DNA of 64,000 nt from Scyliorhinus canicula (lineage: Eukaryota), in contig NC_052152.1 in NCBI RefSeq assembly GCF_902713615.1, positions 68,668,818-68,732,817 on the forward strand, in the 5' to 3' direction. The translations under genes and the position numbers were made by a program. The notes under the pieces are model-generated. The model was not told the DNA's origin and did not search any database. It saw only the letters and a program-made list of their open reading frames with translations. Positions 37,245 to 49,087 of this stretch are shown here, one piece after another. The first letter of the stretch is position 1, and the number at the start of each line of letters is the position of its first letter.

Positions 37245-38569
37245 ACAGGACAAGACTGCTCACAACAACCGGGAGCGGAACAGGACCAGAGGGGGTTCAC
37301 CCATTCTGCACCCCCTGACAGTCTTTGAAGAGAGGGCACTGGACCTTGCTGGGGAATCTGGCACCGGGGAGGTCGCGCAATGCGAGGTTGGAGATGCAGA
37401 ACCAAGTGAGACAACCCTGCATGACAAGCCCCCCTAGCCCATCCTCTGTCCCCTCACACTCTACCCACTGGACCCCCCATCCTCTGTCCCCTCACACTCT
37501 ACCCACTGGACCCCCCATCCTCTGTCCCCTCACACTCTACCCACTGGACCCCCCATCCTCTGTACCCTCACACTCTACCCACTGGACCCCCCATCCTCTG
37601 TACCCTCACACTCTACCCACTGGACCCCCCATCCTCTGTCCCCTCACACTCTACCCACTGGACCATCCTACGCCCGGCCGAGCGTGTCTAACTGACCTCG
37701 TATTATTCTGTTCCCTAGGGCGTGGTGACGAACGTCCAGGGCTGTCTGCTGCCACACACAGGCGCCCATCTGCCACGACCACCGCACCCAGGGCCGCACG
37801 CCAGAGGGTGGCAGGAGGTCAGCCAGGAGTGCCATCCTCCCAACCCCGGACCCTCGAGCAGGACGCACAAAGGACGGCGACACACTCAACAGAGTCACCT
37901 GAGGGAGAACCACACTTGGGCCGCATGGCACGGTCCCAGCAGGTCATGACCCAGTCCCAGCACGCCATGGCACAGTCGCGGCAGGCCATGGCACAGTCCC
38001 AGCAGTCAGTCGCGGAGAGCATCAACCGCCTGACGGACGTGCTGGATGGCATCGCGCACTCACGGGTTGAGGTCGCACAGTCCCTGGCGGGAATGTCTCA
38101 CTCCCTGGACTCCGTCTCTGTGAATGTTCGGACCCTGGTCGATACCGTTGCAGGCCTCCAGGACTGGCAGTGCCAGGTGTCGATCGGGTGACGGGGCACC
38201 TCCCCACTCGCACCTCCGTCCCACAGTGAGGTCCAGGGGCCACCGGGCTCCCCGAGGGTGGAGGAGGTTCTGGGGTCCGTCCCATTAACTCCATCACGGG
38301 ACGTCCCTGAATGCTCGGCCTCCCCCCGTCCCATCCCTGGTGCATCGGGTGGGCAGCAGGCAGAGCAGGGTGGCACCACATCATCCAAAACGCCTGCAGA
38401 GCAGCCTTGCACATCAAGGCCGGGTCGCCCCAGGAAACGAGTGCCGACGGAGAGACATGTCGCGGGTGGTAATTCTCAGCAGTCCGCCTCCACTCCTGCT
38501 GTATCATCTGGGGATTCACTTAGACGTAGTGGTAGGGCCCGTAAGGCAATGAAGAGGGACATAGGGTAA
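36689..38569 (+). pseudogene. Harbinger Myb/SANT-like (trihelix) DNA-binding protein gene, 3 exons: 36689-36925, 37249-37405, 37719-38569
   Basis: APRFGEAGLETLL...WCEVGTAVSAVGQTPRSGEQCRKKLHDL. Intron phases 0 and 1 are consistent. The first donor reads CTAAGT rather than GTAAGT, and there is an in-frame TGA at 38189-38191. Coiled-coil-like segment and an AT-hook-like RPGRPRK near the C-terminus; ATTAAA at ~38634. Confidence 0.85.
37438..37664. repeat. Minisatellite, 6 x 38 bp
   Basis: Unit CCCCATCCTCTGT(C/A)CCCTCACACTCTACCCACTGGACC with period 38, in intron 2 of the Myb gene. Confidence 0.95.
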
Positions 38570-39117
38570 GTTGGCACGGGTGAAGGGCACAGTTTAGTTG
38601 TAGGGGCTAGGGCATCTGTACATAATATTCACCATTAAACTCACTGTTGCACCTAACGTGTAAGTGTGATTTTTCCATTGACACGGGGATCATGATGGTG
38701 ACCGAGTGTCGCTGGGGTTGACGAGCGGTGAAACTTCAGTGCTGGGTGTGCAGTCCCTTCCCCCCCACCCCCTCCCACAGCTACCCCACGCAGGCACGTG
38801 ATGGAGTGTCCCTGACGAACTCAGCGACCACCGAGATGGATGGTTCAGCTATTGCCATGACTCAGACTTTGTCTAACGATTCTGAGCTCACAGCTCATCG
38901 CAGATCGGGCTGTCATCATTCAACATGGCACTGATCACACCCGCTGACACAGCCATCAATGTTGTGCTATACTGTCTGGCCACAGTGGTAAGGGTGATTT
39001 AGAACTGGAGCAGTGTACGCAGAGCGGGGATGCGGGGGTGGGGGGGGGTGGGGGTGGGGGTCGGGGTAGGAGTTGTGTGCTGACCGTCTGCACGACTGGC
39101 CATGCAGGTGGTAGTGT

Positions 39118-40438
39118 TCAGCGGTGCCGTCGCACGCAGCGCTTGAATCTTGCTGCCACCAAGGCGTCGCATGCCCGCTGTCCTCGCCGGTGCCGTCGTG
39201 CAGCCTCCTGGACATTACCAGCACCCGGGTCGTGTCTGTGTGCTGCGCCCGACGCACCACCAACTTCCTCCTCCTCCTCCTACGCGTCTCCGTGTTGGCA
39301 CCACTGCCAGTGGCTTCTCCCTCCAACTCCTCCATCAGGGCATCTCCCCTCTGCATCGCGATGTTGTGCAGCGCACAGCAGACCACTACAATACGAGCGA
39401 CCCTGTCGGGCTGGTACTGCAGGGCCTCTCCGGGGCGGTCCAGGCACCTGAATCGCATTTTCAGCAGACCAAAGCAGCGCTCCACCACACCCCTGGTTAC
39501 TGCATGGGCCTCATTGTAAAGGGTCTCTGCGTTGGTCTGAGGCCTCCGTATGGGCGTCATCAGCCAAGACCTCAGTGGATAACCCCTGTCGCCCAGCAAC
39601 CAGCTCCTCAGCCGGGGGGGGGGCGTCCCTCAAACGTAGCAGGGATGAATGACTGCGCATGAATGTACGCATCATGCACACTTCCAGGGAACCTTGCGCA
39701 CACGTGCATGATCTTCATGTGGGGGTCGCATACCACCTGGATATTCATGGAGTGTGTCCCCCTCCTGTTTGTGAACACTTCCCTGTTGCCTGCAGGTGGG
39801 CGCATGGGGACGTGAACACAATCAATGACCCCCTGGACCATCGGTATCCCGGCCACGTTGGCAAATGAACGGGCTTGTGCATCTTGACTTGCTCGGTCCT
39901 CGGGAAATGTAATGTAGAGGTCGGCGATGGCATAGAGGGCGTCGGTCACATCTCGGATGCACCTGTGCACCGATGACTGCGAGATCCCGGATAGGTCCCC
40001 GCTTGGAGACTGGAAGGAAGCGGTCGCCTACAAGTTAAGTGCCACCGTCACCTTGACGGCAACCGAGATCGCGTGTCCTCCTCCCGTTCCACGTGGGGCG
40101 AGGTGCGCCACAAGGTGACAGATATGTGTCACCGTCTCTCTGCTCAACCGGAGTCTCCTCCTGCAGGTGATGTCCGGCATTGTCTCGAAAGAGATCTGGC
40201 CATGGTACACCCTCGGCCTTGCTCGTCACCTCTGGCGCCCTGGCTCCACTATCAATGCCTCCTCCTCCTCCTCCCTGCCATGCTGCTCGGCGACGGGCCA
40301 CTCCGTGGCCATTCTTTCTGCTGCTGCAGCTGCCCCTGCATCCACTGTGGGATGTGGCTGTGGATGCTGCTGGATGTCCAACTGCAGTGCAGCGGCCCCA
40401 ACCACTGCGCTGAACATAGCCGTTCTGTTTGAATACAT
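39118..40438 (-). pseudogene. Harbinger (HARBI1-family) DDE transposase, disrupted
   Basis: [60 protein letters not shown] and CCALHN. Stops at 40226 and 40028; frameshifts at ~39615 and ~39290. Confidence 0.92.
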
Positions 40439-40759
40439 TTTGCTCACCTACAGAAGTGTGGTGGGGGGCAGAGAAACGACATGTTAGATGGAGGTTATTC
40501 GATACCTCGGCAGCCGCCTGCCCTGGGATACCTGTGTGTCCTGGTGGCCTGGTCGCGCTGCTGACACGCAGCCAGCCTAACCCCTGGTCACTTTCTGTGT
40601 CCAAGGGGCAGTTAACAACATGTCCTCCTCACCGGTGCATCAGTGGGCTGTGGCCATCAGCCAAAGGGCAACCAGCGGCCGTGTCCTCGTCACCGTCCTG
40701 CCATGGCAGGGCGGCTGACATGTTGCATCCGGGGGTGGACGACCCACTCCACTCCACTC

Positions 40760-41872
40760 ACTCACTCTCCCCCCTCCCCCCCCACTCGCTCTCCGCCCCC
40801 CTCTCCCACTTCTCCCTACTCTCCCACTTCTCCCTCTCCCCCCCACTTCTCCCTCTCCCCCCCCACTTCTCCCTCTCCCCCCACTTCTCTCTCTCCCCCC
40901 ACTACTCGCTCTCCCCCCCACTTCTCCCTCTCCCCCCCACTTCTCCCTCCCCCCCACTTCTCCCTCTCCCCTCTCACCCCCCACTTCTCCCTCACCCCCC
41001 CACTTCTCCCTCTCCCCTCCCCCTCCTCCCTCTCCCACCCCACTTCTCCCTCTCCCCCCACTACTCCCTCTCTCCCCCCACTACTCCTCTCTCCTCTCCC
41101 CCCCACTACTCCCTCTCTCCCCCCCACTTCTCCCTCTCCCCCCACTTCTCCTTCTCCCCTCTCCCCCCACTTCCCCCTCTCCCCCTCCCACTTCTCCCTC
41201 TCCCCCCACTTCTCCCTCTCTCCCCCCCACTACTCCCTCTCTCCTCTCCCCCCCACTACTCCCTCTCTCTCCCCACCTCTCCCTCTCCCCCCACTTCTCC
41301 TTCCCCCCTCTCCCCCCACTTCCCCCTCTCCCCCCTCCCACTTCTCCCTCTCCCCCCCACTTCTCCCTCTCTCTCCCCCCTCACTACTCCCTCTCCCCCC
41401 CCCACTACTCCCTCTCTCCCCCCACTACTCCCCTCTCTCCCCCCACTTCTTCCTCTCCCCCCCACTTCTCCTTCTCCCCTCTCCCCCACTTCTCCCTCTC
41501 TCCCCCCTTTTCCTCCCTCTCCCCCCCACTTCTCCCTCTCTTCCCCCTCCCACTATCTCCCTCTCCCCTCTTCTCCCCCACTACTCCCTCTCTCCCCCCC
41601 ACTTCTCCCTCCCCGCCCCCACTTCTCTCTCTCTCCCCCCCCACTTCTCCTTCCCCCCACTTCTCCCCCCCACTTCTCCCTCCCCCCCCACACCCCCCAC
41701 TTCTCCCTCCCCCCACTTCTCCCTCCCCGCCCCCACTTCTCCCTCTCTCCCCCCCCCACTTCTCCCTCCCCCCACTTCTCCCCCCCCCACTTCTCCCTCC
41801 CCCCCACTCCCCCCCCCACTTCTCCCTCCCCCCCACTTCTCCCCCCCCCCCACTTCTCCCTCCCCCCCCACT
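40760..41872. repeat. 1.1-kb polypyrimidine/polypurine low-complexity tandem array
   Basis: Degenerate CCCCCACT(T/A)CTCCCTCT units with almost no G on the plus strand. Accounts for the spurious Pro/Ser-rich and Gly/Glu-rich ORFs. Confidence 0.95.
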
Positions 41873-44514
41873 GGCCGCTGCGTTCTCGGGGATGCCTTCC
41901 CCAGTTTGCGGAGACTCCGGGACGGTCCGCTCACCTCCTCACTCCTCGTCAGCCAGCACGACTGGCTGGCGACTTTAAAAAGCAGGTGTGAATGGCGACA
42001 CCGTGACATGGCGTCACGACGTCGGGACTTCGACCCATCCGTCCCGGAGAATAGCGGGGGTGCCGGAGAATCGCCTTTTTAGCTGCATCGGGCGATGCAG
42101 CATGTTTTTGCGCACAAAACACGATTACAAAAATTTGGCCGGTTGGGAGAATAGCGGGAGCGCGTCGGACCGGCGTCACGGGAAAAAACAGCGCGGCCCG
42201 CTATTCTCCCAACCGGCGTGACATCGGAAAATCGCGCCCCATGACTTTATCGGACGCTTCTCCAACATGGGATCCAGCTGGAGTCACCCCCTAAGTTCTG
42301 TACGTATACGGCATCTCCTGTTTTAAAAGTTCTCTTGATCCTTCTGGAGTCATAATTCTTCTTTTGGCTCTCCTGTTTGGCACCACCTTCCCCTCCAAAT
42401 TGGGAAATAGTAGGCCCCGTCTGGTCGCAGTTGTCGTCCCATCACTAATTCAATCCGAGCGACACCCGTCGTGGTGTGAGGCGTGGTTCAGTAATCAAAC
42501 AGGAATCGATCCAATCTTGTATACATGGAACCCGCTGGCTGTTTCTTCATTCCATTCTTGAATGTCTGTACCACCTGCTCTGCCAGACCATTGGATAGCG
42601 GGTGATTCGGCGTGGTTTAGATGTGCTTTATGTTGTTCGACTTCAAGAATGCTTGAAACTCCCCCCATTATCGGATAAGAGGACCTCTGGTATACCATGG
42701 GTATAAATGCTTTGCTGGAGCTTTTCGATTGTTGCGTGAATCATTGTGGAGATCATGTGATCCACTTCCAGCCATTTAGAATAAACGCCAAATATAATGA
42801 GGAGCATTAATCCTAAGGACGGGCCAGCAAAGTCTATCTGCACTCATACCCATGGTCTTCCTGGCCATTCCCATTGGTGTAAGGAGGCCAAAGGAGGCTC
42901 CAACATCTGGTTCTCCTGGCATCTGCATTGAGCCCAGGCCACCGAATGAAGTTACTCATGTGCATCTTCATGTTGGATACCCCAGGGTGCCTGCAGTGTA
43001 ACTCCATCAGAATTGGGTGCCAACGTGGGTGGGGGGTGATTACCAGGGATTCCCACAGGACAATACCATCTTTAACACTTAGTTCTTGTCTTTTTTGGAG
43101 GAAGGGCTTTGTGTCATCCGTGAGATGTTCTCAGATCCCGCCACTAATGATTATATTGCATAACCTAGGCACCGATCCCCAATTAAAAAAATATCTATAC
43201 AGTCCATTCTTCTGGAGCCAATCTCTGCCCATGAGACCAGGTCCTGATCCTCACACGTCAATGAGTGCGAGTCGTGCCAACTGCTGTCCATAAACTACCG
43301 AGATCATGGTGGTCCCCATCATCTTCAAAGTATCTCTCGTGTACGTGGCTAGTCTGACCCTCGTGTCTCTTAGGTTTAAGGGGAATGCCCATTTGGAGAC
43401 CATGGAATATTTATTCCCCAATGACGGAGACAGTAGTTCCCGTATCCACCTCCATCTCGAAGGAATGACCGTTGACATACAGCCTTATCATTATCGGGGC
43501 AACCTTGTTAGTGAAGACGAAGTTTAACTGCATCATATCATCCTCGGAGCGCTGGTATACCTGTAATGTGTGAGTCCGAGGTTACATTGGCTTGCGGCCT
43601 GGGCAATACGTGTACTTCTGTTTCTGGTAGCCTTGCCTGGGTTGTGCCCTTCGACAGCACCCATAGCAGGATGTGGCTGACATTTGTGATCCTCCAGAGA
43701 GGTTTCCCGGGTACTTGTGCTGTCATCCGGGCATCTTTTAAAATGTCAGACTGCCCTATCAGAATTTCGGGTGACAGTGAACGAGGCATGTGACGGCCTT
43801 CCCCGGATATGCTCACTTCTCTATTTGAGGACCCTCCCCCAACCCAAGGACGCTACTATCCATCATTCTTTGAAGTTTGTGTGCCGCTTTCTTGGCATTC
43901 GCCAGGAACAAAGCTATTTCTAAAGCCTTTTTGAGGTCCAGGTTGGGCTCTGCCAGTAATTTTTCCTGGGTTGTAAAGTTGTTAATCCTAAAGACTACCC
44001 TATCGGGTAGCATCTTGGTCAGGGTTCCACTGTTAGAGCACCCTTTCCTATACCAAAAAATTAAGTTTGCCATGAATGTGCAGGGTTATTGGATAGCACC
44101 TTACAGAAAACTCAGAAAATACAGAGTTGTATGTTGGAATACATAACCAGCCAGTTACAGATTCAATACGGATGCAACAAATGCCAGTCGGAAAGAGTTG
44201 CCAGAAAATTCAGCAGTACACAATCAATGCAGACATACTGCAAAGCATCAGAAGACACTGTGCTCATTCCCCATTGATATTTTTGATGTCTGAATAAATA
44301 TACTTCCATGTCAGAAAATCCAGCTTCATATCCCCATATAAAAGGATCTATTTTTCTGAGTGTGACCTCCCAGGATTTACACTCACAGTTACATTTTTGG
44401 AATTAACACGCCCAGCATGGAGCTCAGTGCAGTGAGCTGCATATTGGAAATTCAGATGCAAATGGCAACACATCATCTGTCATTTTTTTTAAGTCCAGGC
44501 TAGAATTTGTGAAA

Positions 44515-44749
44515 TATTTAGAGAACCCAATTCATTTTTTCCAATTAAGGGGCAATTTAACGTGGCCAATACACCCAGCTTGCACATTTTTGGGTTGTGG
44601 GGGCGAAACCCACGCAAACATGTGCAATGTGCAAACTCCACAAAGACAGTGACCCAGCGACAGGATCAAACCTGGGAACTCGGTGCTGTGAGACCGCAGT
44701 GCTAACCCACTGCGCCACCGTGCTAACCCACTGCGCCACCGTGCTGCCC
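44515..44749 (-). mobile_element. Short V-domain SINE with a tandemly duplicated A-box region
   Basis: GTGCTAACCCACTGCGCCACC occurs twice in tandem at 44699-44740. Confidence 0.8.
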
Positions 44750-46605
44750 TAGAAGTATTCGCCTCAGTAACGCAATCGTTGATATTTGAAATTCAAAATG
44801 TTAGTGCAAACTTGAGTGAAAATTCAGGAAATTTTACAAATGTGTTGCTCATCTGCCAGGATGTATTTGGCTGTTCCCCATGGCAGGAGGGCAGCATGAA
44901 GCATGGTAAATTATGCGCAGATTTATTTCTGGTTAGAATTCCAGCCTTCCATTGCACTAAAGAACAAACTAAAGCAAGTCGCATGACTAAGTACTGAGAG
45001 AGTAATTTGACTAACTCACCCTTTGGTATATATTATTTGATATTCTATTTCTCAGTGCTGCTTCAGGAGTCTCATACATCAGCTCACAAGGTGGGTTTGA
45101 TTGAAGAAGGTTATTCAACCTATTTGATCTCATCTTTTCAGGATGAGCAATTCTAATATCTTATATTTTCTTAGATGATATTTGGGTTCACCCAATGTTT
45201 CTGCCAACATTTTCCAGTTGTTGATTAAATAATTTAGATTTCATATTCTTTGAACAGTGCCTTCTGATCAATATGTTTTCGTCTTGGATTCTTTAATCCA
45301 ATCTATTTAGTTTCTAGTAATTTGGATTATTTCTTGGATTTTTAAAAACGAGGTTTGGCACCATTATGTAGCAGAAATACCTGATAAACATACTAAACAA
45401 AGGCTGACATTATTAAGAAGAGCTGCACTATCAATTTTGAAGAAAAGAGCAAAAGATCAAAGCAACCACATCACAGGCATTGTGCATCAAATGACTCTGA
45501 GTGCATCATATTCTATCATAGTTTAATCAGGACCGAAAAGGGAAGAAATGTCACTTATATACCAACTGAAATGGTGAGGTTATAAAAGTACAATAATGAT
45601 GGATATAGCATTGTTCGACACAAAGAGAAAGAGAAATGGCACAATATATTCACTGCTGAACTTTGTCAAGTTGAACAGTGCAACTTGTCAATGGTACCTA
45701 TCGAAAACTTGGCTACCCCGATTGGAGTAGTCATACTGATTACTTGCTATAAATGTTGAATTTCAGTGTTACTTACACACACCAGCTTTGTAGTTCTGCT
45801 GATGGCAGAACAATAACCATTTGTCATCATTACAACTGTGAAACTGCCAGCAATTTTTGGAACTCCCACATGTGCAATTAAACTTGGAAATCCAGACGTT
45901 GCTGTCACTGATTCCTTGCTTCTTCACAGGGTGTGCTGTGGATTTCCCAAAGATGAAAATCTTTAGAAATCATTTAAGTTAATGTGAAATTCCACTTTTA
46001 TACTATTAGCTTTGTTGTAAAAACCCATTAAAAAGTTACATCTTGTTGAATGCGGGATCTTTAACAGCATAGTAACTTACAATTACTGCTCAGCTAACTC
46101 CCCGAAAACCTAATTTTATATTGGTGAAATGTCACATTTTTTCATTATGATAAATGATCAATAGGTTTTCATATAATAACTTCCTCTCAAAGTTTGTTTA
46201 TGATATTCCATCTTTTATCTTAGTCATGTATACATGTCCCAACCTTATTTTACTTTACGGAAAATGATTAAAAAGTGAAAGACGATCAGTACATTTTACT
46301 TTCTGTTTTGTTGGCTGTGGGAATTCTTTAATGTGACTGTCCACTTAGCCTGCTTAATAACAGCACAAATTTTGAATGCCAAAGAAGATTCCCTATGGCT
46401 GCTGGGAAAAATAAATTACCATCAGTATGGGGGGTATGGTGGTACAGTGGTTAGCACTGCTGTGTCTGCATGGGCCTCACCCCCACAAGCCAAATTTGTG
46501 CAAGGTAGGTGGATTAGCCATGTTAAATTGCTCATTAATTGGAAATTCTTTTTGAAAATTTACATCAGTAAAGGTGAAATCCATATCATAAAGATTGCTG
46601 TATCT

Positions 46606-46931
46606 TAGAACATAGAACATAGAACAGTACAGCACAGAACAGGCCCTTCGGCCCTCGATGCTGTGCCGAGAAATGATCACCCCACTTAAACCCACGTAAC
46701 CCGTATACCCGTAACCCAACTAACCCTACACTACGGGCAATTTAGCATGGCCAATCCACCTAACCTGCACATCTTTGGACTGTGGGAGGAAACCGGAGCA
46801 CCCGGAGAAAACCCACGCACACACGGGGAGGACGTGCAGACTCCACACAGACAGTGACCCAGCCGGGAATCGAACCTGGGACCCTGGAGCTGTGAAGCAT
46901 TGATGCTAACCACCATGCTACCATGAGGCCC
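46606..46931 (-). mobile_element. Full-length HE1-like V-domain SINE with CR1-derived 3' tail
   Basis: tRNA head (GGTAGCATGGTGGTTAGC, GGTTCGATTCC), V-domain, and tail GAAGGGCCTGTTCTGTGCTGTACTGTTCTATGTTCTATGTTCTA, which matches the CR1 tail at 9204-9260. Confidence 0.88.
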
Positions 46932-47894
46932 TAATGTGAAGATTAATCTTTACGATTAATGGCAATCATCACCCCTTTGCCACTAATGGAAAATCTTGAC
47001 CAACATACATTAGAAAGATGTTTAATCACTGAACATTGATGAAATAAATATGGTGGCGATAGTGTTTCCTTGTGTATTTCCCCTCTCTTTCCCTCTTGTA
47101 AGAGGCAGCTTATAAACAACTGTTCAATTTCACACTTCAATTATTTTTGGAAAAAAACATTGGTCGGTCCATAGGCCAATATTAGTCAAGGGCCATCTTT
47201 TAAAGCAAACAAGCATTTTGAACCATTTCGATTCCAGGCGACAGAACTGAAACTGGAAGTTGTACATTTTGTGTGAACCTAAGCTGAAAACCTTGATGAA
47301 AATAACTAATTAAGGAATTGTGTAAAATCATGGGATCATATTGGACCTGAAAAGCAGTTGCTGAATCCACACCACTAACCTCACACACCCCCATACACAC
47401 ACACACACACTCCCCTCCCACATCCCCTTCAATCAATGCAACAGCATTTCGAACTAAAAATCAAACGATATTCCTTCTCACATTTTTCAATGCAACACAT
47501 TGGATTAATAAATGTTTCATCAACCTCCATCTTTCTATCATGCAGTATTCATCAATGTAAAATTAAAGACACAATTTTAAGTGATAAAGTTGAAGGAAAC
47601 ATTTGCATGTACTGATATTTGATAAGGCCATTAAGTGTTCACAAGGTTAATTCAGAGACGTCAAGGAAAAACATGATTTCCAGAGAGAGTTGGGGAAAAT
47701 AACTTGTGATTTAAAGTGATTGCAATTTTAAAACTCCTGAGTGTTAACCATCTTGACATACACATTTCCTCCGAATATTGGAATTGTACAAGTGGCCGAG
47801 GCATTAATCAATGTTTGTGTTTGCACTGTGTCCTCCGGTAGGGGTACACTTCAAATGCTCGTTGAGGTCTGATGTGGAATCGGGGAAAAGTGCC

Positions 47895-48395
47895 AATTGA
47901 GGCAGCCTTCTCCGAGGCAATGTCAAGGGTTGTGGGGGTGAGTGTGAAGTCATACACAATAGTGGCAATCTTCGTGGTATCGAAGCAGCCAGAGTTACAC
48001 ATGGGGAAGGGGGCCAACGCCCTCGCTTTCGCTTCCCTAATCGCACGCCGGAGAATGCTGCTCGGCTGGCGATCGACAGCACCACCCACAGCTGCAGACT
48101 GCTCGCTGACCTTTCGGAATTTCTCCACCTGGAGAAGATTAAGTACGCCACCTGAGGGTCAGAGGAAGTTTGTCGGGTTGTTCCAAAACCTGTTCAAGGT
48201 CAGCAACGAGGAGGAAGGGGGCAGAACCATCAACCGATCCAGAGGGCAACAAAACGCACATAGGGTCAGTTAAATGAAGGACAAACTAAACCTCTCTGTA
48301 TAATAAAGGAAATTAGCGCATGCGAGAAAATGTGATTTGTATATACAACTGCTTATAAATATGGAAAATGCCAATAAAAAGATTTAGAAAATAAA
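47895..48395 (+). mobile_element. L1 3' fragment, same family as 1323-4458
   Basis: AAFSEAMSRVVGV...KPELHMGKGANALAFASLIARRRMLLGWRSTAPP region closely matches the 3' ORF2 region of the first L1. AATAAA at ~48373. Confidence 0.8.
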
Positions 48396-48859
48396 AGGAA
48401 AAGAATTTGGTGGTGGGAAGTCCTGCATTAATAACTATTGAATGTAAGTAAAAGGTTCCCTTTGTAACTATGTACACCATTGTAAAGAAGGAAACGTGAT
48501 TATGAAACTATGGTCACAGATGCGGGGACAACTTGTGATATCTATGTGCTGTTGTTCTTGTTCTGTTTTTTAAATTTAAGTGTTATCTAAATTTTGATAT
48601 TGTGTTAAAATTCCAATAAAAATACTTTAATAAAAGTGCCACTTGATTTATTGACTCCTGATTTTCATGGTTTTGAATATCCATTAGTGTGGGTATGGGG
48701 AGTGAGATGGGTGGAATTAAAATGGCCTCTTTGAAGATGAGTTAAGGAAATGTTTCTCCACTCAAGGAAGCTATTTAGACAATGGGGTGCAATGTCAAAG
48801 ATTTTTTGCCAAAAGAATCAACTTTAGAGTGCTGTGTTAAAAAGAGAACTATCCAATTC

Positions 48860-49055
48860 TGTTTTTTCCAATTAAAGGGCAATTTAGCCTGGCCAATTCA
48901 CCTACCCACATCTTTTTGGGTTGCAGAGGTGAGACCCATGCAAACACGGACAGAATGTGCAAATTCCACACAGACAATGACCCGGGCCGGGGTCAAACCC
49001 GTGTTCTCAGAACCGTGAGACAGCAGTGCTAACCACTGCATCACCATTCCGCCCT
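48860..49055 (-). mobile_element. Short V-domain SINE
   Basis: CCAATTAAAGGGCAATTTAGCCTGGCCAATTCACC...GCTAACCACTGC. Confidence 0.75.
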
Positions 49056-49087
49056 AAAGAGAACTATTGGAAGGTATTTTTAAAAAT

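Larger units (their letters stand above)
36436..42239. mobile_element. Full-length two-gene PIF/Harbinger DNA transposon (5.8 kb)
   Basis: TIRs GGGTGGAATTATCCG and CGGAAAATCGCGCCC. 3-bp TSD CAT at 36433-36435 and 42240-42242. Convergent Myb/SANT and DDE transposase genes. Confidence 0.93.
35863..44073 (-). mobile_element. Degraded Gypsy LTR retrotransposon (3' LTR 35863-36101, 5' LTR absent), interrupted by the Harbinger element
   Basis: LTR with TGTAATAA...TTATAACA termini; polypurine tract GGGAGGGA at 36102-36109. Integrase QIDFAGP...SKWLEV...GIPEVLLSDNG at 42643-42843, protease-region remnant ~43250-43480, gag QEKLLAEPNLDLKKALEIA at 43813-44073. Confidence 0.85.

Noticed and set aside
37438-37664. 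Regular direct repeats resembling a CRISPR array
   Set aside because: The units are contiguous with no unique spacers, no cas genes are present, and the context is eukaryotic.
39118-40438. Possible domesticated HARBI1 gene
   Set aside because: It has stops and frameshifts and lies between TIRs with a TSD, so it is a transposon copy.
40429-42082. Long ORFs of 520 aa and 479 aa (Pro/Ser/Leu-rich) and antisense Gly/Glu-rich ORFs
   Set aside because: They are translations of the low-complexity polypyrimidine array, which lacks stop codons for compositional reasons.
45770-45900. Minus-strand VPKIAG... peptide and GTAAGT donor as a candidate missing Ig2 first-half exon
   Set aside because: It lacks the expected EG..VTL.C and GRPEP..W motifs and has no suitable acceptor.
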